Shown here piece after piece: positions 13,928 to 25,617 of a DNA stretch of 64,000 bases. Position 1 is the first letter of the stretch. The number at the start of each line of letters is the position of its first letter. This DNA comes from Nemertoderma westbladi (lineage: Eukaryota > Animalia > Xenacoelomorpha): contig JAUCBJ010002904.1 in NCBI GenBank assembly GCA_032718475.1, forward strand, positions 1 to 64,000. Direction: 5' to 3'. The notes beneath the pieces were generated by a model. The model worked only from the letters and a program-made list of their open reading frames with translations, did no database searches and was not told the DNA's origin. Made by a program: the position numbers and the translations under genes.

Positions 13928-14100
13928 ATATTAGTATTAGGACTATTTATCCATAACAATTATATTAGTATTAGGAGTATTTATCCATAACAATTATATT
14001 AGTATTAGGACTATTTATCCATAATAATTATATTAGTATTATAAATGTATTTAACCCACAATATTTATTACTATTAGGTCTATTTATCAATAATAATTGT
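13928..14100 (+). repeat. 36-bp AT-rich tandem repeat
   Basis: TATTAGTATTAGGACTATTTATCCATAACAATTA-like unit, 3 good copies plus degenerate ones. Confidence 0.85.
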
Positions 14101-14627
14101 ATGTTTTTTATAATATACTTTGGAAAATTAGTCGACTAGGTCATAATTTTTAAAACTTTAAATAAGGGTTGAGTTATTTTATAAACTTAAGAATAGTGAA
14201 CCAATAGAGGCAACCTGAAGTCTTGGCCTTTACTCATAAGACAGCGCATTAACTCCCAAGGTTGCATACTATCACTATAGCTGGGAGAGTCAAAGCTAGT
14301 GTACAGCCAAGAGCTAGGAAAAAGAATAATGCTCTTCTAGGGTTCGAACGCACGACCTTCTAATTCAACGGCGCAGCCAAGGGGGGGGGGGGGGGGGGGC
14401 TAAGGGGGCTCGAGCCCCCCCCCCCCCCCCTTAACGTTAACAGTTTGTAACTCTGTAAGGCAATCGGTAATATTATTCTTAAACTGTAAACATTAATATT
14501 GTAGTTTTTTTTCGAGTAGGCCTATATAATTTAATTTGTTAAATATCTTTGATAGTATTGATAGTATTAAATATCTTTGATAGTATTGTATTGTATAAGA
14601 ACCCTTAAGGATTATTTTGGTTTTATA

Positions 14628-16198
14628 GCGCGAGCGCCAACGGTGGAGAAGGTAACGCGAACTGACTTTGAGTACGGTGATGGTGATGTAGTGGAAGAGC
14701 CGGAAAAAAACACGGGGAGTTTAGGACACCTTCAGGAAGGTGTGGTGGGAAGCCAATGTGTGGTGGGTGGCCAAGGTGTGCTGGGTGCATGCGCAGCAAA
14801 TGATATTGCAACTTTTATTAAGTTGCCTCGCACTGATGATACCATTAGTAATATAATAACTAATATTTGGGTCCCATCTAAAGACTACACATTTCCGAAT
14901 CAGCGTGAGGGAAAGATTAATTGATCATTCCAACATAAATGGCTGGAAGAGTTCAAGTGGCTCGCATATAGTGGTTTATATGCTGGTGCTTATTGTAAAT
15001 GGTGCGTTGCCTTTGCACCAGCTGAAGTTACAAGAACTTCACAAAAGCTAGGAAAGCTCGTTACAGTCCCTCTTAGCAAATATAAGGACGCCAAGGAAGT
15101 GTTGTATAACCACAACAAGAAACAATATCGTTTAGATTCTGCGCGAACAGCAACAACTTGATGTGCGTAATCTCCTCTCAGGGGAGCGCCAACGGCAGGT
15201 ACTTGCAAACAGAACGAGATTGGAGCATATTGTTCGTGTGGTGGAATCAAGCCGGCAAGAGCTACCCTTAAGAGGTCATCGCGATCATGGCCCCTTCTCT
15301 ATTGAACAACCCCAACATAACGATGGAGTGTTTAGATCAGCTATGCGATTGCGATTAGAAGTTGCTGATGCTGAATCTCTTATGAGCAATGCACCATGGA
15401 ATGCTTCATATTTATCAGGTAGGCCTATATAAATATAATATTTTTATTTTTCAAACTGTAAAAAGTCGCCTATAGCTAAGATTGCTTCTGTACTGCAGAC
15501 TGCACGGGTAAAATTGTGAAACTAAAATAATGTAAACTTATGACTGTAGGAAAATAATAAATAAATACAATAATAATTATAACGGGGCGTATTCGAGTTA
15601 TTGTTGAGTCATCAGGCCCGGGTTCGACCACCCGTGACTGCAATTTTATTTATTTTTTTATTTCAGAAGAAATTCAGAATGAACTTCTAAATTTAATGGG
15701 CGACCAAATTAGAGCTAGAGGATGTGAAGAAAGCTAAGTTCTTTAGTTTCTTGGCTGATGAAACCACCGATAACAGCAAGCAATCAAAGCTTAGTTTATC
15801 TGTGAGATATGTTCTCTCAAATTGTATCCGAGAAGATTTCATAGGATTTATTGATGTAACTAGTACGACGGGTATGTCATTGTCATAAACAATGAGTGAG
15901 TGCAGTAGAGTAGTCCTGTAGTCAGCAAGTTAGTCAGAACGTGTGGTGGGTTATTGCACTATAATTATATTATATTGATATTATACTTATTCATATTGAA
16001 CTAACTGAACGTTATACCTATCTTATAGTAGCCACGTGTTAAATCTAGCAATTACAAAGGCTTCTAAAGTTCCCGCGATAAGGAATGCAATGGGAACATT
16101 GCAGGAGGTTTGTGTATTTCTTTGTTCCAGATCGTCACAACGAGTGTCTTTGCTTAAAGACAACGTTGCAATGTTTTTACCTTCAGCAAGCCATAATC
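14628..16198 (+). pseudogene. hAT transposase, 5' part (degraded, probable intron ~15419-15666)
   Basis: FQHKWLEEFKWLAYS...YCKWC (TTF-type Zn finger), QELPLRGHRD (DUF4371-like), FSFLADETTD...LSVRYV (first catalytic Asp). Confidence 0.85.
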
Positions 16199-16485
16199 TG
16201 TGATGATAGACTCAAGGTGAGGGGTTTGGTTATACTTGTTATTATAAGGTGGTGGTTAACACAGGATCCAAGTCCGACTCATTAGACTGGCATGACTTTA
16301 ACCTAGCTATTAAGAGAGTACTGCTGATATGCTCACCGGTACCTTTGACTGCAATACGGTACAGCTATAGATATTTATATATCATTCAGTATCTAGTCAT
16401 GCAATTAATTACACTGAATTAGCATTCATCTGTCTGTTATTCGTTTATCTCATTATTGCGGTATCGCATTTCGAGTAACTTAACA

Positions 16486-16503
16486 TGGCGCTGCGAGTAG
16501 GGT
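16486..16503 (+). promoter_or_regulatory. tRNA primer-binding site of the Gypsy element (probably tRNA-Ser)
   Basis: TGGCGCTGCGAGTAGGGT directly after the LTR. The tRNA identity is recalled from tRNA-Ser 3' ends, not searched. Confidence 0.75.
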
Positions 16504-16755
16504 TGATACCAAACGGAAGTGATTACCCGATCAAACTTGAACACCAAGGGGACAAAGAACAGACTAACAGAAGAATACTGGAATGAATAAATATATATAT
16601 ATGTGAGTCTATCATATGCAGGGTAACTACCTATATTGCTAATTTGTAAACCGACACCAGGTTTTTATTACCGGTACCCCATTTCTGTAATCGCATAGGC
16701 CTACCAACTGCTGAACTGCATACCGGTACTACAAAAAAAACTTTTTTTTATAAAT

Positions 16756-17286
16756 ATGGACAATATGAAAATGGAATTGGAAGCTGCCAAAGCATCCCGA
16801 AGAACATTTAAAGGCCATCTAACTAGGTCTAGGGCAACATTAGAAACTTCTATTAGGGATTATGAAACCCACCCCAAGGAAGCCGAGACTCTGGGGCCAC
16901 TATGCAGGCTGCTCTTAGGAAATTTGAAGAAAGGGTAGAAACCTTTATCAAAGCAGACAACACGGTAGCTCAAACCCGTGGGGCTACACAACAAGATCTT
17001 GCTATGGCAGATGTAGAGGAAGCTGACCTCGAAATTGTTCGATACACAGGAAAAGTTGCAGACCTCATAGACGCTGAGACCCACACACTGTGTCTTTCCC
17101 AGTCGCCTTCACCATTATCACCAATTAGAGGAGCTAGGCATACCAATGATAACCGTAACCGTTGAATTGCACTTTCACGGGAACAAGCTAAAATAACCGT
17201 GTCATCCATTAATAATACACACCAGACAGGTACTGAGGTATGTCTGTATGTAGGCTATACAATTGGTAAAACAGCAGTAAATAAAC
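16756..17286 (+). pseudogene. gag: Gypsy gag, N-terminal part (frameshifted)
   Basis: ORFs 16756-16938 and 16902-17165 lie downstream of the PBS and are interrupted by the CRE insertion. Confidence 0.65.
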
Positions 17287-20200
17287 ACGGTCAGTTTATT
17301 AAATAAACACTGACAGTCTGCACGGTGGCACGATCAATCTGCATTCCTTGTCGCGTTCTCGACTATAGACTACTCCTACTCAGTCGGGGCTCGGTACCAC
17401 GTCCACCCCAGGGACTGTCCCACCGTAGCGGTGGGCGGCGGCGCGGCGTTGCGTTTGAGGCAATCTGTGACCAACTTGTTTTCTCAGGTCGGTGGGAGGG
17501 CGGTCCGACAGCCGCGGAGCGAGGTTTGTTCTTTCTCATCCAACTCGATCATCGCATCTCAATCATCCTCTTAATCACCATCCCAATCAGCCATCTACCC
17601 ACCGGCTAATCAGCCCACAGTGAGCTGCCATTGTCTGATTGGTAACTGTCAATTCACTTAATTACTTTAATTCATTATTAAATTCATTATTAATTTCATA
17701 TTTATATCCGCTTGTATTAGCTGTTATCTCAAATCCACTCACATTTAAAATCTACCACCATTCCTGCTACAGCCAACTAATTCTGGCTCAATTTCATTTT
17801 CACCATAATTATCATTATAACTGATCAGCTTGTCGTTTTATTTCTGTTATGTATGTGCCATATGTGTGTGTGTCCTGTCTATGTTGTGCTGTATTGTTTT
17901 GTTTGACTGCCCTTATTCTCAGCCTGTCAATCAATTCCTATTTGTCGTTAGTATTTCATATCACAGCTGCCTGCAAACTGATCATCCTATCCCATCAGCT
18001 TCAGTTTAATTTAACCATAAATTGTCTGTTGGACTTTCTCTAATCACATAACAACAATTGATTTAATTAATTAATCACATAATCGTGTTTTCTTCACTTA
18101 ACTGTTGATCAATCAATTATTGTACATTGTGTGTGATACATTACTTACTTATCTGTAGATACGATTTTACCCAGTCTAGGTTTCACCAATATTATATCTC
18201 GCCCCCCCCATTCCAACCATGAACACCAATAATGGTAGTGTCATTGATCTATCAGAAAGCATTCTTCGAAACGACCAACCTCCTACCTCGGAAAAGTCCT
18301 ACTTATTAGCCGGTGTCCCCCTAGCAGAACACCATTTGAATACACTTAGTAACCGGGAAGGTTGGCTATCTGACTGCCTGATAGACGCCATTATCAGTCA
18401 TTTCTGTAACCAGTTTCACGGTAGGGCAAAGATCTTTAGTTCCCATTTTTTGAATATATTTTCGGACCGGGGATCTCACATAACTCAACGCCAAACAAAT
18501 ACCGGTATATTGGACTATGATTTCCTGTTTTTCCCAGTAAATATTAGAGGGTTTCACTGGGCTCTGGCCGTTGTACGACCGAAAGCTGGATTGATCCACT
18601 ACTTTGATTCTCTTAAGTGGGCTAACCCAGGTATACTTAATGCTATTCAACAATGGACTTCATTTGAGGCTTCTAGAAGCAACATCTCCCCTATAAAATT
18701 CATTGTAAAGCAGCTACCACACAGGCTTCAATACAATAGCTATGAGTGCGGAATTTATGTATGTAGGTTCGCCAAGATGTTCCTTGATAACGGATCCCTT
18801 GATGGTATCAATGATAAATCCATTCATGACTTTCGAATTTGGTTATCTTTAATGGTCAGGTCATCAGTCACCATAGTCCAGCCAGCATTATCCCCCAAAT
18901 CTCCCTATATCGGTGCTAACGTCCCAGTTCCTACCACCAACGCCACCCCAAAGCCCAGTTCCAAGTGCCAAGTTCCTACCCCAGCAACCCCCACCCTTCC
19001 TTTCACCATAGAATCCAACCCATCCCCCATCCCTGTTCCTCACCAAGTTCATACAGCGCCAAAACAAGCTTCCAATCCTGTTCCCAACGAGATCCCTAGT
19101 CTGTCTCCAAACAAAGTCCACCCCCAAGTTCCCCTCCAATTTCCAAACCCTACTAAAGCACCATCACCAAGCTTTACAAAGACTGTCAATCCGCAGGAAT
19201 CGATGTTTAGTACTTTTGGGGGTACAGACCCCTCCTTGCCAGTAAACACTGAACCCCAAATTCTCTCCCAAACTGTGTTTCCGGCAACCACATCTCATCC
19301 CCCACCATTCGATTCACCATTAACTTCACTTGAACCAATACAGTGTGAACCAGCCAACACAACAAACCATTCCCAAATGGTTTCACCAACAGACGTTTGC
19401 CCCGCTCAGCTCCCAGGAAACCCTCAACAGACCCACTCGGTTTCTTCTGGCCCCATTTTTGATCCCGACGGTACATACGAGCAACTTTCGCCAATTACAG
19501 TATCCCAGCCTCCTCCTGCATCTAACCTTTCACCAACCAATGCCAAAGCACCAGCGCCAACACTACCCAACAATTTATACACGGTCACACAGCCCTTAGA
19601 ATCACAATCATCACTATCCAACAACCAGCTCCCCAGTAGCTCATCGCAGTCCTCCAGTACTCCCAACTGCCCTGTCTGCAACACTCCATTCAGACGGAAA
19701 TGGCTAATCCAATGCAGTTCATGCCTGAAACAGTTCCATGGATCTTGTGTGTCCCTTACCAAAAAGGCCCTTAACAAGGACCCTTCCCAAATTCCTCTTT
19801 GGCAATGCAGGCATTGCAAGCAGATACCCAATCTCATCAATAAGGAAGGTGAGGCACACCTCCCACCCCTACCTGTTCTCAAAGACATTACTTCTGATTC
19901 CTTTCTTTGTGTGTTTGATGTCCTATCCCGGATCAGGACCCTCAATCGTATTCCACGTGGTGCCAGACTCAGAGCAGCAGCAACGTATACGCACCTTTGT
20001 GATGCACTCGCACTTGACAACAGCCCAGAAAATTGGCTCAGACTTCTTGCATTCCCTTTTGCACTTCGAGTTCCTTCACAAGGCCATCGCCTGAGGAGAG
20101 GTCCTAAGGCAAGAGGACAACCTATAAAATCACTTACTACTAAAGTTAAGGAACAAATTGCGGAGTTCGAGGACCTAGCTAAATCTACAGAGCCTTTCAC

Positions 20201-22926
20201 CCTTCCACACCAGAGCCAGCCAACAGGGCATTCGGAACGTAAATCGAAGCTGACCGATCCCGACAACCAACTAGGAAAATTAATATCAGCAAAGATCGAA
20301 GAAGGTAATGTTAAGGTGGCAGCTCGCTTAGCCACTTCCACAACCACGATTGCACCTCCGACTGATGAAACCCTAAGAGCCCTACAGTCTCTCCACCCAA
20401 CCCGCCCAGCTGAGGACCTTGAGGGAGTACCCTCGATTGAGGAAGCAGAAGTACCCCTACTTGAACTCTCATATCCACAAATCTTGAAGTCAATTAGGTT
20501 CTTCCCAAATGGATCAGCAGCAGGACCTGATAACTTCAGGCCTCAGTTCTTCAAGGATATGGTATCTTTACCAGCAGGTGATGGTGCCTTGAGTTGTCTC
20601 AAAGCCACTACTGCAGTGGCCAACCTAATGATTAAAGGCGTAGTGCACGAGGTAGTTCTCCCATTCCTTTACGGCGCTCGGCTCTGTGCCTTCACAAAGC
20701 CATTAGGGGGTATCCGGCCGATTGCAGTAGGTTGCACCTTACGCCGTCTCACAGCCAAGACAGGATGTCATTCAGCCGCCCAAGAATCCGGACTTAAACT
20801 AGGTCCCCACCAGCTTGGATTCGGGACACCACGAGGCGCCGAGGCAGCGGTCCATGCTTCAAGGCGATTCTTGAGCGAGTCCACCGACGAGGTGATCATG
20901 GTGAAGATAGACTTCTCTAATGCCTTTAACAGCGTTCACAGAGGGCCTGTCCTGAGGTCGGTACTTAATAACCTCCCACCCCTCTACAACCTCGCATACC
21001 AGTCGTATTCCAAACCAACTCACCTATTCTATAGAGGCTCTATAATCCCGTCAGATAATGGGGTGCAGCAGGGTGATCCCCTTGCATCCCTTTTCTTTAG
21101 CAGCGATACAATTGAGCTGGTTGACAGTCTTGAATCTCCACTGAATGTGTGGTTTCTCGACGACGGATCATTGGGAGGGACAGTCGAGGAGGTCGGAGCT
21201 GACTTGAGGAGATCATCGAGGAGGCTGCCAAGTTGGGCCTAGTGATCAAGGCATCAAAGTGTGAAATGATATTCGGTAAGCACTTCCCCGACAGTCTCAA
21301 GGATGCAACTTCTAGCTTATTCGAATCCATCACCCCAGGCATTAAGGTTTAGGAGCTTTCGGAATCGTCACTACTCGGTGCACCACTCGGTGATTCGTCC
21401 CTAGAGACTGCGCTACAGACCAAGATATCTGAACTCGGTAGACTAGAAGAGCGTCTTCAGCTTCTGAGTGCACACGATGCCCTCTATCTGCTTAGGCACT
21501 GCTTTGCAATCCCTAAGTTTATGTACCTCCTACGTTGTGCACCAGCCTTCAGATCGCACCAGCTGGATGATCTCGACCGAGCCATCCAGCAAGCACTTGA
21601 AGTAGCAATCAACACAAAACTCAACAAGGATGCTTGGATCCAATCAGCCCTTCCCATTTCTATGGGGGGCCTGGGAGTCCGGAGTACGAGGGACGTCGCT
21701 ATACCTGCCTTCTTGGCTTCTGTCTACGGATGCAGTCCCCTACTCCATTCTCTCTTGCCCGCCAGTTTGATTAGCATTGAAGATCCACTCCTATGCATTG
21801 CGATCAACAACCTTCCCAAAGACTTCATGCCACCTACCAACCGTGCCATTCAGAGGAACTGGGACACCCCACTTTGCATAGAACGCCGTGATGACCTCAT
21901 CAATCGAACATCAACTCCAAAGGATAGGGCACGACTGCTAGCGACGAGAGCGGATCATTCTGGCGACTGGCTGCAGGCACTCCCTGTATCAGCGCTAGGA
22001 CTTAGGCTCAACGACGATGAGCTACGCATAGGAGTCGCCCTCCGCCTCGGTAGCCCCATATGTGAAGAGCATTCCTGTAGAGGTTGTGGGGTGTTGGTGG
22101 ACAGGAGTGGAACCCACGGCCTCAGCTGTCTCCATAATTATGGAAAATACACCCGTCATGCTGAGGCCAATGACATAATACACCGAGCCCTCTCATCAGC
22201 AGGTGTTTCCTCCACACTAGAGCCCCGCGGCCTAGCCATAGATGGCAAGAAACCAGACGGAGTGACATTGGGCCCCTGGTCTTCAGGCCGCCCACTAGTG
22301 TGGGACTACACCTGTCGTGATACGTTGGCCCAAACGTATCTACCAGCCACATCCCAGGAAGCAGGAACAGCAGCAACCATCGCCGAATCAACCAAAGGCT
22401 CTAAGTATGCAGCCCTGCAACACAACTATATATTCCGTACCATTGCGACAGAAACCCTGGGACCGGTAGGAGTCGAAGGCACTGAAACACTTCGCGAAAT
22501 AGGGCGCAGGATCAGCAATCGGACAGGGGAACCCCGTTCCACTGCATACCTGTTTCAACGCCTTTCAATAGCCACCATCCGAGGGAATGCAGTAGCAGTT
22601 CTTGGCACCCTCCCCAGTCAGGCTAGCTTGGACGAGGTCTTCCTTATCTGAAACCTCCTTCACTCCGTCTATCCTTCTCTACCACCACCTAGTCTCTTAA
22701 TCTCTATTTTTGTCCCCACCGAGCCAATCAGTCAGTCTCCGGTCGCCATTCTCATTGTAATTCTTCTGACATCATTAAGTTATTTATATACTAATCAAAC
22801 GAAAATTTGTTATTTAATTACATGTATTATATATAAGATTTTCTTTATGTAGCTACTGTATCTATATTTAACTGTTTGAATTTCAATGGTATTAATCCAA
22901 TGTTACGTTTAATATAAAATACGATA
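17287..22926 (+). mobile_element. CRE-clade (RLE-type) non-LTR retrotransposon, apparently full length
   Basis: 12-bp TSD CAGTAAATAAAC at 17275-17286 and 22927-22938. Single long ORF with RT and C-terminal restriction-like endonuclease. Confidence 0.9.
18219..22651 (+). pseudogene. CRE polyprotein: Ulp1/C48 protease, Pro-rich linker, PHD finger, RT, Zn knuckle, RLE endonuclease (frameshift near 21210 and a stop)
   Basis: Protease: HWAL, YFDS, QYNSYECG. PHD: CPVC..CSSC..FHGSC..WQCRHC. RT: GGIRPIAVG, KIDFSNAFNS, GVQQGDPL, FLDD. Endonuclease: CRGC..HGLSC, KKPDG..VWD..AESTK. Confidence 0.92.
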
Positions 22927-22938
22927 CAGTAAATAAAC

Positions 22939-23914
22939 GTAGGCTTAAGCACCCCCAAATGATAACCCTCTAAAGGCAACTGTAAAATCTCCACCTTTAC
23001 TTGAATCCAGTGTAGATATCCGCGAATTTACACATTGGAGAAAGGCTTGGAGAAATTTTTCATTACTTGCTGGCTTATCTCTGAAATCAAGGGAACATCA
23101 AGTTGCCATGTTGTGGTCTAACTGTACACCAGAATTTTTAAATATGGTGGACCACTTAGGAAAAATACCACAAGATACAGACATGGCCCTAGATGATGTC
23201 CTAGAATCAATTGCAAAACATCTGCGTAGCACCAGAAATATAAATGAAGATATTCAATTATATTTACAAGTAAAACAACAACCACATGAAAAAATTGGCA
23301 AATATTATTCGAGATTATTAGAATTAGCTGAATATGCTGAAGCAGCCACATTAACATTTGATCAGCTAGCAACTGCTCTATTCATTTTAGGAGCAAATGA
23401 TGAAGAGGCCAAACGCCTTGTGCTAAAAAACATACCACCATTAGATTTAGAAGAAACTGTGAAAATTTTTATAGCTGAAGAGTTAGCCCGTGAAACTGCT
23501 CCCAAATTAGAAACGCAGTTAACAAAATCACAATTATCAGCTATTACCGATGTTGTATACGACAATAATGATAGCGATATTATAGCAGCTACAAGACCAA
23601 CTGCTTATCGACGTAGTAAATATAGTACCCCTAACCCTAATGGTAATACTATCATATAATAGAAGAAATGGTAATAACACTGTTATTAGTCACCTCTGTT
23701 ATTAACAGAGGTGAATTCTCATATAACCAGCAGCAGCCCCAACAAAACCGCTCCTGGTCAAGTAATAATCGGCCTCCAGTAACAAATATAAGGAAGTCCT
23801 GTGGCGCTTGTGGTGATGCCATACCACATTCACAAATGAGACCATGCCCTGCCAAACATATCACTTGTTTTCGATGCGGATTTACAGGACATTTTCAAGC
23901 ACTTTGTCGTGCAA
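22939..23914 (+). pseudogene. gag: Gypsy gag, C-terminal part
   Basis: ORF 23108-23659 (QQPHEKIGKYYSRL), then the knuckles CGACGDAIPH..C and CFRCGFTGHFQALC. Confidence 0.85.
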
Positions 23915-25589
23915 CAGTGATTTTTTATGTCCTTTTATTTGACTTTTTAGTCCTTTTTTTTACGAATTATGCATAATGACTTTTGTTGTCCTTTTAATGA
24001 CTTTTATTGTCCTTTTAATGACTTTTTATGTATGTATTTCTTCAAACTGTCAGACTGCTGATTTCTGGACTGTCAGACAGTTGATTTCACTATGCCTGTG
24101 CCAAAACATTCCATGATTCCATGATTTATAGACTATGAGATAGATTTCCATATGCGCCATTTCTATATTTAATAGTTTGTGGTTGTTGTCGATAATCGAT
24201 TACCACATGACGTAGCAAAACACTCATTTTATAGCCAAAAACAATTACCAATTGATGGAAAGGAGCAGGTTAAGGCCGAGTTTTCTAACCAAAACAATAA
24301 ACAGTCACTTTACCAAATCAGGGAAAGGAGCAGGTTACAGAGACGGGATTTTCTAACCAAAACAATAAACGATCACTTAACTAATTGAGGGAAAGGAGCA
24401 GGTTACAGAGGCGGGATTTTCTGACCAAAACAATAAACGATCACTTAACTTATTGAGGGAAAGGAGCAGGTTACAGAGCGGGATTTTCTAACCAAAACAA
24501 TAAACGATCATTTAACTAATTGAGGGAAAGGGACAGGTTACAGAGGCGGAATTTTCTAACCAAAACAATAAACGATCACTTAACTAATTGAGGGAAAGGA
24601 GCAGGTTACTGAGGCGGGATTTTCTAACCAAAACAATAAACGATCATTTAACTAATTGAGGGAAAGGGGCAGGTTACAGAGGCGGGCCTTTCTAACCAAA
24701 ACAATAAACGGTCACTTTACCAATTCAGGGAAAGGAGCAGGTTACAGAGGCGGGATTTTCTAACCAAAACAATAAACGATCATTCAACTAATTGAGGGAA
24801 AAGGGCAGGTTACATAGGCGGGATTTTCTAACCAAAACAATAAACGATCATTTAACTAATTGAGGGAAAGGAGCAGGTTATAGAGACGGGATTTTCTAAC
24901 CAAAACAATAAACGATAACATTACCAATTGAGAGAAAGGAGCAGGTTACAGAGGCGGGATTTTCTAACCAAAACAATAAACGATAACATTACCAATTGAG
25001 GGAAAGGAGCAGGTTACAGAGGCGGGATTTTCTAACCAAAACAATAAACGATCACATAACTAATTGAGGGAAAGGAGCAGGATAAGGCCGGATTTTCTAA
25101 CCAAAACAATAAACAGTCACTTTACCAAATCAGGGAAAGGAGCAGGTTATCCGTAACACTACTCAGACAGTAGTCATGATCCATTATTTGTTATAAAACT
25201 AATACAGTAATAGGCCTAAATTATGTGAAAGGTATATCCACATTTTCCACAATCCTGCAATCCAGTTTGGCCTATCAGTTATTTAAAATTTATTAGCACA
25301 ACCGGTAGGCCTACCATTACCGTATTTTAATGGTAGGCTACACAGTAGGCCTATTTGCAGTACCGATGCCGGTACCGGTACTAAAATACAGAAATACCTG
25401 CTTTATACCTACATCTGTACATACAATACAGCAAAATAGTGCTATATATACTAATACCGGTACTGATAGCCTGAGAGAACAGCAGTAGAGAAACCGGTAG
25501 CATGGAACCTAACAATAGACTTTTGGAGGACATAAAAAATAAAAAAAAAAGGACAAAAAAAGGATTTAAACGGACAATAAAAATTATTG
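23915..25589. mobile_element. Non-autonomous TIR element carrying a satellite array
   Basis: Imperfect TIRs CAGTGATTTTTTATGTCC... and ...GGACAATAAAAATTATTG. Interrupts gag-pol. No TSD seen. Confidence 0.65.
24257..25150 (+). repeat. 68-bp satellite, ~13 copies
   Basis: Unit GGGAAAGGAGCAGGTTACAGAGGCGGGATTTTCTAACCAAAACAATAAACGATCACTTAACTAATTGA. Confidence 0.97.
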
Positions 25590-25617
25590 CGGAATAAAAT
25601 ATACAGGAAAGTGCTCT

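Noticed and set aside
14325-14365. tRNA genes (also ~15615 and 61262-61332)
   Set aside because: Only B-box or partial arms are present; no full cloverleaf.
24257-25150. CRISPR-like array
   Set aside because: Contiguous tandem units with no unique spacers, no cas genes, and a eukaryotic context.
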